DNA of 64,000 bases, from positions 39,556,001 through 39,620,000 of the forward strand of contig NC_042998.1 in NCBI RefSeq assembly GCF_006345805.1, read 5' to 3'. A model generated the notes under the pieces. The model was not told where the DNA came from. It saw only the letters and a program-made list of their open reading frames with translations, and did no database searches. Of this stretch, positions 50,601 to 59,600 are shown one piece after another. Made by a program: the position numbers and the translations under genes. Every line of letters begins with the position of its first letter. The stretch's first letter is position 1. Source of the DNA: Octopus sinensis. Lineage: Eukaryota.

Positions 50601-53600
50601 TAGAACTTTGATTAAAAGCAAAAAGAAGGTGTGGAAAATGCTCATTTTTCTTAACTTGACATTCCATCTTAATGATCTGAAAATAAACTAAAATTAACTA
50701 GAAAAGAAAAGACAAAATAGATTCCAAAATGATTCAAAAATAGAATTCTTGAAAAAATAGATTCCAAAATTTTTAAAAACCACGGGAACTTAATTGCCAA
50801 CCCAATCCCCCCCCCCCGAGTCACTCCTATATTTCTCACCTTTACCTTTCTACAGTCACCTTTACAGTCACCTTTCTACATCTCTCCTTTTGTGAAACTT
50901 TCCCTTCTATCCCACCCCCAAATCTCTGTCATTTCACCCATATTCTTCCCTTCCCCCACATTTCCTTGTAGGAATGTCATCACAGTTCGATCTCTACCAT
51001 TTTCTATCTGGGGTATCAGCTCAACAGCAAGACACCTATCTATGTCCCTCTATATCTTTAATCTGGCACAAAGCCCTTAGCCCATTCTGTAAAGCATTAG
51101 GAAGGGCATCTGGCTGTAGAAACCATACCAAAATAGAATGGAGCCCGGTGTGGTCCCAGCCTTGCCAGGTCCTGTCAAACTATCCAAAACAGAAAATTCA
51201 CGTTAAATGATGACACAGTTTAGTTTTTTCATATGGTTTATCTGATATATGTACACAAGTTTTATACAGTTTGTGATATTTTCTATATGGATTACAATAA
51301 TTTTTTTTTTTTTTACTTTTTCTTGCAGCCCCTTCAAAGGTCAGCTAGTTTTGATAAAATTAGAAACACAAGAATGGGCCCGAGCTGAAGTATTGGACAT
51401 CAATAATGATTCTTTACTGGTTTCTCTGATAGATTTTGGTGCAGAAAAGATGCTACACTTGGAACATTGTCGTTCTGCCATGCCTTTCTGTTTGGATTAT
51501 CCTTGTCTTTGTATTCCATCAAAACTTGAAAGTGTAAATTTTTTTGGAAGAAATGATGACTCTTTTAAGATGCGTCAGAAATTCAATCAAATTTTAAAAT
51601 CCTTAACTAAAAGTGAAGATTTTTCCAAAGAATGTATTTTAGGTCTATACATGGGATGTGGAAAGAAATGTCAGTGGAATTTGTATGATTGTAATGGAGA
51701 GGCTTCTGTCATGGATTTGTTGACTTCCCCATTGAAAGTCATGGCTTCAGAATTGAAAGGTTGTGAAGTCAGTATTGGTGAGGTCTTGGATGGTTTGGCT
51801 GTCGAAATCCTTAATGATTCATTTTATATAATTGTTGTCAGCGAGAAACAGATAAGTTTCCTTGAAGAATTCAATACTTACTTGGAAAAGAAAGATGACC
51901 ATAAGGGTTATACTCCTTGTCTCAATGAAATGGTTGCAGCCAAGTTTTCACAGGACAACCAGTGGTATCGTGGTCAGATAATCAGCACCACTGCAGATGG
52001 CAGATATAAAGTCTTTTTTGTTGATTATGGTAACTCTGAGTATGTTGATAAACTACAACTGCAGCCGTTTCCTGTGCATTTCACTCCTTATCCTAAACAA
52101 GCCTTACACTGCTATCTTCCTGGCGTGTGTGGTATTAAAGACAACGAGAAATTCAGTCAGCTCATCTGCAACAATGTGTGCAAATATAAGATAGAAGGCT
52201 GCTCCAAAAATGTCTATGAAGTTGTTGTTTATACTAGTGATGGCAGCTGTGTTAATGATTGCTTTGAAGAAAGCTTGGAGAAGAATGCTCCGAATGACTA
52301 TTTCCCCAGAAGTCAGTCTTTAAATAGCACTGCTACATCAAAGTCAAACTCTGTAAAATCTGCTAGCTCTCTTTCAATATCCCCGTTCAGATCTCGTTCT
52401 CAGTCTCCTCAAAGCATTGAAGGGCAACCAGTGGATGCATCGTCTCCTGCACAAATGACCTATCCTCCCTCTTGCCGTCGACATCATAGGGACTCTGCTG
52501 AACATGATTTTGAGAACCAGTTTTCTTCTGAGAAAACGTTGCCTGACGATAGACAAACAAAGGAATCCATTATGCTATCTCTAAGCACCAAAACTTCAAA
52601 ACAGGAAGTTTGTCAAGAAGATATGTTACGAGCAAACAGAGTAAAGTATTTTGCCAAAAGCATGGGATGTCTACAGCTGAAGGTCAACACACAATATGAA
52701 CTGCTGTGTAAATGGGTTGTGGACACAGACTGCTTCTACTGTCAAATACTTGATGAAGTGGGTCAGTGAAATTTTCTCATTTATTTATATTCCTTTCTTT
52801 GTATGTTTCTGTATGCAGATTATCTTGCATGGTTAATATCTTGTAACTTGCCACAGTCCTCATATTGTAGTAGTAGTATGGGGGAGAGGGGGATGCACTA
52901 TAAACTGTGCATTGCTACATCCGCCCTTTATTAGTGGCTCCCTTCAAGTCTTGGCCGATGACACCCCTGCACCACTCTGGTGACAACCCTCCAACCTGTT
53001 GGGTTTTTTTCAAATAGTTGTTGCTGGTTCCAGTTTTACGAGGTTGGAGTGCAAATCCTATTTCAACCTCTTTTAGTTGCCTTTTAAGATAGAAGAAATG
53101 GGTCTTTTCTTCGTGTTTTGCTCAAGAACACAACAACATGCTACCAAGTCTGGCAATGGAACCCATACTCTTAACATTTGTGTGTGTGTGCAATACCCTC
53201 ACCACTGGACCATGTGCCTTCACAGTAAACCAAATAAATAATCTACTTTGTTGTTGAGTCTCCTTGCCATTGTTACAATGCAGACCAGCACTGGACAGGT
53301 TGTCTTTGACAAAACATACACAAGCAACAGAGGCAGTGTTAATACTGAAAAGTAATATTTACCCCCCCCCCCCCCCAACATGGATGTTCTGTTAGAACAA
53401 GCTATACTGTGGTAGATACCATGTGAGAAACTCTCCTGTTGGCTTTTGGTGCAAAATGCACTCTTGTTTATATTGCTAGTGGGGAGATAAATCCCCATCT
53501 CCAGCATGGAAACTTACCAGATTGCATAATTTTGACCTTCCTTGGTATTGTCAATGATGGACACTCGACTGCTAGAGATAGCAGTTATTCCTCTCTTTGC

Positions 53601-56600
53601 CAGTGATATATAGAAAAACAGTGTTATTTTTTTAACAAACTCGCTGGCTAATTGTGACATCAGTTCCGGTTTTGGTACTGTTTTTCAAAATATTGCTGGT
53701 TGGGGAGATGAGTCACTGCTATCTCTAGTGGTTGAGCATCCATCATTGACAAAACCACCGAAGGTCAAAATCATGTGATCTTGTGGTTTTGGTGCTGGAG
53801 ATGGTAGGAATTTCTCACTGCTAGCAATATAAACAAGCATGCATTTTGCAACAAAAACCAGTATGAAACTTGGTATCTACTGCAGTATAATTTGTTCTAG
53901 CAGAACATTCATGTTTAAGTTCTTATTTGATGTCTTCTTTGATGGGTAACGTCTGATGTGACTTAAGGACTCTATATTATCTTTGTTCTTTCACTCATAT
54001 AGTTCTTTTCTTGGCCGAATACTCTCCCTGTCACCAACTACTTTACAGGGTGTTGCTTTTTACACCACCAGCAACTAGAGAAGATTTCTGTGGTTGGGCT
54101 AAAGGCTCTTCTCTTCCCTGTATTATTGTCTTTGGAAGAGGTGCCTGCTGTGTGGCTTGGAAACTCCACATTTTCATTTGCTTATAGTATGATGTAGAGA
54201 TGTAGGTGACAGGCAGACGTTCTTACTGAGAGCCATTAGTCTCAGGACTGATCTGGGATTAAACACTAGCAGTGAATCTATGATCATGTCCATATATGTC
54301 ATTATGTAGTAATGACCAATGTTGAGTTCCATTTCCTTTTAATGAAAAATGGTTACAAGCATCTTTTTGATTTGATGGGTAACTGTTTACTGAGCTCTGT
54401 TCTACAATATTAAAGTTTACAGAATTTATATTAAATAATAATAAGCTAATTGATTTAGCTCTGTAAATTTGTCTGCAGCTGTAGTTGTTTATTATATAAT
54501 ATTAAATTCACATCAGGATCAATAAAATATGTACCAGTCTGGGGTCAATGTGAATGACTTGTCTCCTCTCCTGAACTTTTCTGGCCTTATGCCAAAATTT
54601 GAAACCAACATTAAGTTCACTGGATTTGTAACAAATACTCTTTAATAATTAGTTTAGTAGTAATAAATGCCCTGATGCAGTACCAGGCACTGGCTCTCAT
54701 GGCTTCTGATTTGAACTGATTGCAAGTATTATCATGTACATTGTTTTGTCTTGGTATAAAAGATTGGCTACAACAAGTATTCTGCACAATACCACAGATT
54801 TGCTTGACCGTAACCAGTTGATTATGGCCTATGATATGTGTATCTCTGATGATGAGCAGAAGTAGTGCTTGGGCATCATAGCCATGTATTGAGAGGAATT
54901 CTTTGGGGTTTGAATTATTCACCTCTGGAAACATGGGTGTTTCATTCATCATCCTTAAACAACCTTTATTCAGAGACATTTTGGGTTAACTGGGCCCCAC
55001 CTGCAAGGTTATGCATTGTTTATCTTGATATGAGGTCACCATGTTGCACACATGTGGTTGTGATGCATGTGCCTGGTGTAAAGTTATCAAATGGGTGGTC
55101 ATGTTGAGTATATTCATCATTGCCCTCATCATTTAATGTCTGTTTTCCATGCTGGTATGGGTTGGATGGTTTGACAGAAAACTAGGGAGTTGCACTAGGT
55201 TCCAATCTGATTTGGCATGGTTTCTACACCTGTATGCCCTTCCTAACACCAACCACTCCAAGAGTGTAGTGGTTGCTTTTTATGTACCACCAGCATGGGT
55301 GCCAGTTATGAAACACTGGCATTAGCCACAACAATGATCTCACTTGGTTTGACAGATCTTCTCAAGCACGGTATATGGCCAAAGTTCAAAGGGTGCTTTT
55401 TATGTGCCACTGGCACAGGTGTCATTTATGTGTCTCTGCCATTGGCTACAACTATGATGTCATTTGGCTTGATGTGTCTTCTCAGGCACAGCCTACTACC
55501 CTACATTTGATGGGCTGCTTGTTACGTGTTACGACTGCGGTTTCACTTGGCTTGACAGGTCTTCTCAGTCATGGCATATTTGCCAAAGGTCTCGGTCAAT
55601 TCATCACCTCGTCCTATGTCTTCCTGGGCCTACCTCTTGCACAGGTTCCCTCCACACTTGGAGATTGGCACTTCTTTACACAGCTGTCCTTGTCGTCCAT
55701 ATGCATCTCGGCAATCTCACCAGACCTACCTTTCAGTGTGCCTACATTGACAGTGCCAACTTTGAAAACTGGGGAAGGGATGTGGGAGGGAACATAGGAA
55801 ATTGGGACAGTATTCAGCACCCGGGGAAAAGGTTTGGATTTCATATATTTATACCTTAGTGCCACTTTGATGACATGCATTGCTCTCTCAGTCAATAATA
55901 ATAATAATCCTTTCTACTGGAAGCATAAGGCCTCAAATTTGGGTAAGTTGGCGGGAATCTATTACATCAATCCCAGTTCTTGGCTGGGATTTATTTTATC
56001 AAACCTGAAAGGATTAAAAACCTCAGTGAACCATGGCAGAATTTGAACAAAGACCATAAAGATGAATGAAATATGTCTAAGCATTTTGTGCAGCATGCTA
56101 GCTCACTGCCTTATTAATGATAATAACAATAATGAGATATGCATATAATATCACAGTTCTGTAATGTCTTTATTCTTGTCATTTGATTTTTGTGTGATTT
56201 GCAGTTTTCCATGTTTAAAAGTTACCGTTTTCTCTTCAGCTATGGAAGCTTTGACTGATATGACTGAACAATTGAATAAGATGTGTGAGGCTTCTCATCT
56301 GAATCCAGTAATCCAGCCCGAGATTGGAGAAGTTGTTTGTTGTAAATATTCAGGTAAGTTTTAGTTTCAAATAAATCAGGGTTGTTTTTTTTCCTTGTAA
56401 ACTATTTGTTCTCAAGTGGGGACAGGAGCCTAGTAGAGTAAAAGAGGAATTAAAGGAGTCCATAAAAAGAAAAAAAAAATGGTTGAGCATACTGCTGTTG
56501 ACTGAAATGATGTTTGTAGAAGTTAAAGTTAAGAAAATATCAAAAATTAAAGTTAATTCTCTGATTTCAGGAATTGTGAAATGTGTTAATGATGACAGCC

Positions 56601-59600
56601 ATAACATAGGCAACTAGTTCCTCCTCTCTTGCATTGTTCCAAGCTGGCTGTGATCAGACGCATCCTAACCCTGTAAATATCAAGTATAACTTATGAGCTA
56701 GGAACAGTTGTGGCAAGAATTTAATGTTCTGCTAAAAACAGCATAATAGAAGTTGTATTTTGTGAAACAAAATGAATATTGCTCGTCAATAACCTGTTTA
56801 GATCAAACTAATAAATGTGGGACTTGTAAGTAAGTCTTGTTAATGAATTAACATTTCCCTCATAACAGACTCAATTTTTGGTTTTTTTTTAACAAATCGT
56901 CATTGTTTAACATCCGCCTTCCATGTCTGATCACAGCCAGCTTGGAACAGTGCAAGAGAGGAGGAACTAGTGAGGCTAAAGCTTTGTAACCACAAATGTT
57001 TCAACATTTTAATTCAATCCTGAATTACCATTTTGATTCATAATTCCGAATCGTTTGAAGATTTTATTTCATTGTTTTTACAGATGGAAAATGGTACCGA
57101 GCTAAAGTGATGGCAGCTTCCAAGGCAGAATTTTCTGTATTTTATGTTGATTTTGGTTGTAGTAGTAGAGTTACCCAAGACGAGATAATGCCTCTCACAG
57201 ATGAGTTGGCAGAAATACCGATATTAGCAGCTCGATGTTCTTTGGCGGGTAAATACATTAAACTTTCTTTTAATTAATCCAAGATTTTATTTTGCATGAT
57301 AATTTTTTCCCCTCTAAAACAATATTCATGTAATTAGGTTGGTTTACAAAATTCAGTTTTTTGTATGAATTTCTGAAGATCGGTCCTCACCACTTCATCC
57401 AATGTTTCCTTGGGTCTCCCTCTTACACAGGTGCTATCTACTTTCAGTGATTGGCACTTTATACACCTGTCTTCATTCATACACATCTCCTGTCCAAACC
57501 AACGGTTTTCTCTCTTGTATCTGATTCCTTTTATGCCCAACTTTTTTCTTAACAAATTGGTACTTTGTCGTCTGTGCACATTGATGTACATGCAATGGGG
57601 CTTACTACCTTTATTCCTCTCTAGTCTACACAAGGTTTCTGCATTCAGAGCCCATGTCTCACCACCATGGAGTATAGCTGTTCATATGCAAGCATCATAC
57701 ATTTTACCTTTCACTCAGAGAGTCCTTTTCTTGCCAACAGAGGTAAAAGCTCTTTCAGCTTCCTCCACCTTATTCTCATTCTAGAAATATTACTTTCAGA
57801 ACTTCCTCCACCATTGCTAATTTGGTCACCTAGGTAACAGAGACTATCAATTACCTCAAGAGAGCCTTCTGGACAATTTGAAAGAGTCTAATTCTTGTGT
57901 GTCCTTAGTGTTTAATTATTCCTTTACATCTGTCACACAAGAAGACTACTTTATCTATTAACCCTTTCATTTCCATATTTCTAACCAAAATACACCCCTT
58001 ATGTGTTTCAATTAATTTCTAACATAATCATAAATTTAGTCTGGTTTCATTAAACTTTTTTATTTATCAACATATTAATGTGATTTTTGGGAGATAATTT
58101 AACGAAAGGTTCTCAACCAACCCTATACCATAATTTTTGTCTCAAAGTGACTCGAATCAACAAAATACAAAATTATTAAAATTTTTGTTCAAACATCGCT
58201 ATTGAAAATGGGTTATTAGCTAATATTCAATTGGGTATACAACAAAATTTTACTATAGAAGAGTTGTGCACATTACTGGATTCATCAGGTGAATTTAACC
58301 ACACAAAAGACAGGTGTACCATAAAGGTATAAGTAAAACAAAAGACTGGAATTTGCCTGTGAAGAAAACTAGAAAACAAAATACACACACACTATCAACT
58401 AGATTAAATAAGCTCTCCCACATACATAGATACACAGAAATATACAATAATGATTTACAAAAGAAATTAATCAAAATTCATCACTCACCTTACAGGTAAA
58501 TTAAAATTACACATAAAATAAAAATAAAAACGAAGTAAATTTGAAAATATTTATAAAATCAAATCACACATATATACAAATCAAACAATATTCCTATCAT
58601 GAAAACTTGCACCCTGCTCTACATAATGCACATTGGAAAGTTGTTTCAACAGCCCTGCCACTAGGAGCTTTTGTTTTTTGATGAAGGCATTTGCAACGCT
58701 GCTTTTTTCTAATTTATGGAGATCGGCTGAATTCAGAAGGATATCCCACTGGCAGGCTTTGTTTTTTCTCCCTACAATTATTTTTTTTTTAGGAATAACC
58801 AGCTCTTAATTGTGTTGCTACATCTGCACAGAACTGAAGATGGTCACATCACTTTTGAGCCAATCCCAGTTTGGCATATAGTATAAGTGCATTAGTAATA
58901 TTCACATTTACTATATACCAAACCAGGTATCGCCACCATTTATTCCCTGGTCTGCCAACTGGATAGGAAGACATCATCTGATTCAGCCGATCTACACCAC
59001 CCATGTACCTGTTTTAATCGAGGTTCACAAACGGCGTGCCATTTTTATCCACATGTGGCTGTGCACAGGTAGACAGAAAATTGATCTGCCCCCTATCTCT
59101 GTATGCGGTCGCTGGCAAATTACCTTTCTGCTGTTGAATTTCACCTTTTATTTTTAATTTTGCTTTTTTTATATCCAACGGCAGTCATTTTCTGCTAGAG
59201 ATCACTGTAGCACATGTATGTGTTGCCACAGTATCTAAATTCTCCACAAGTTTGACCGGACTGGAAAATCGGTCAAAAAATAATATATGGCTGTGATTAT
59301 AGTATGGAAGTGATAAATTCCGAACCACATCATACCCTAAGCCATGTTGACTTACATAATTGTCTCATTTTCCAGTATAAAATTCAAATCCAGAGCAGTA
59401 CCCAGGGTTTGATTCACAAATCTTCCACACTTTGATCCCCCATTTTGTGGCCTTTCCTGGCATATATTGTCAAAAACATATTCGGCCTTTATAGCCCACC
59501 ATACCCTCATCAATAGATAAATATCTCCCTGGTTTATAAACTGTTTTATGTGTTTTGAACACAGTCAATGAGGGGTCTTATTTTAAATAAGGGATCAAAG

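Noticed and set aside
51249-52769. 506-aa ORF as a stand-alone single-exon gene
   Set aside because: Its first 27 codons are the polypyrimidine tract of an intron, and it splices in phase to flanking Tudor exons
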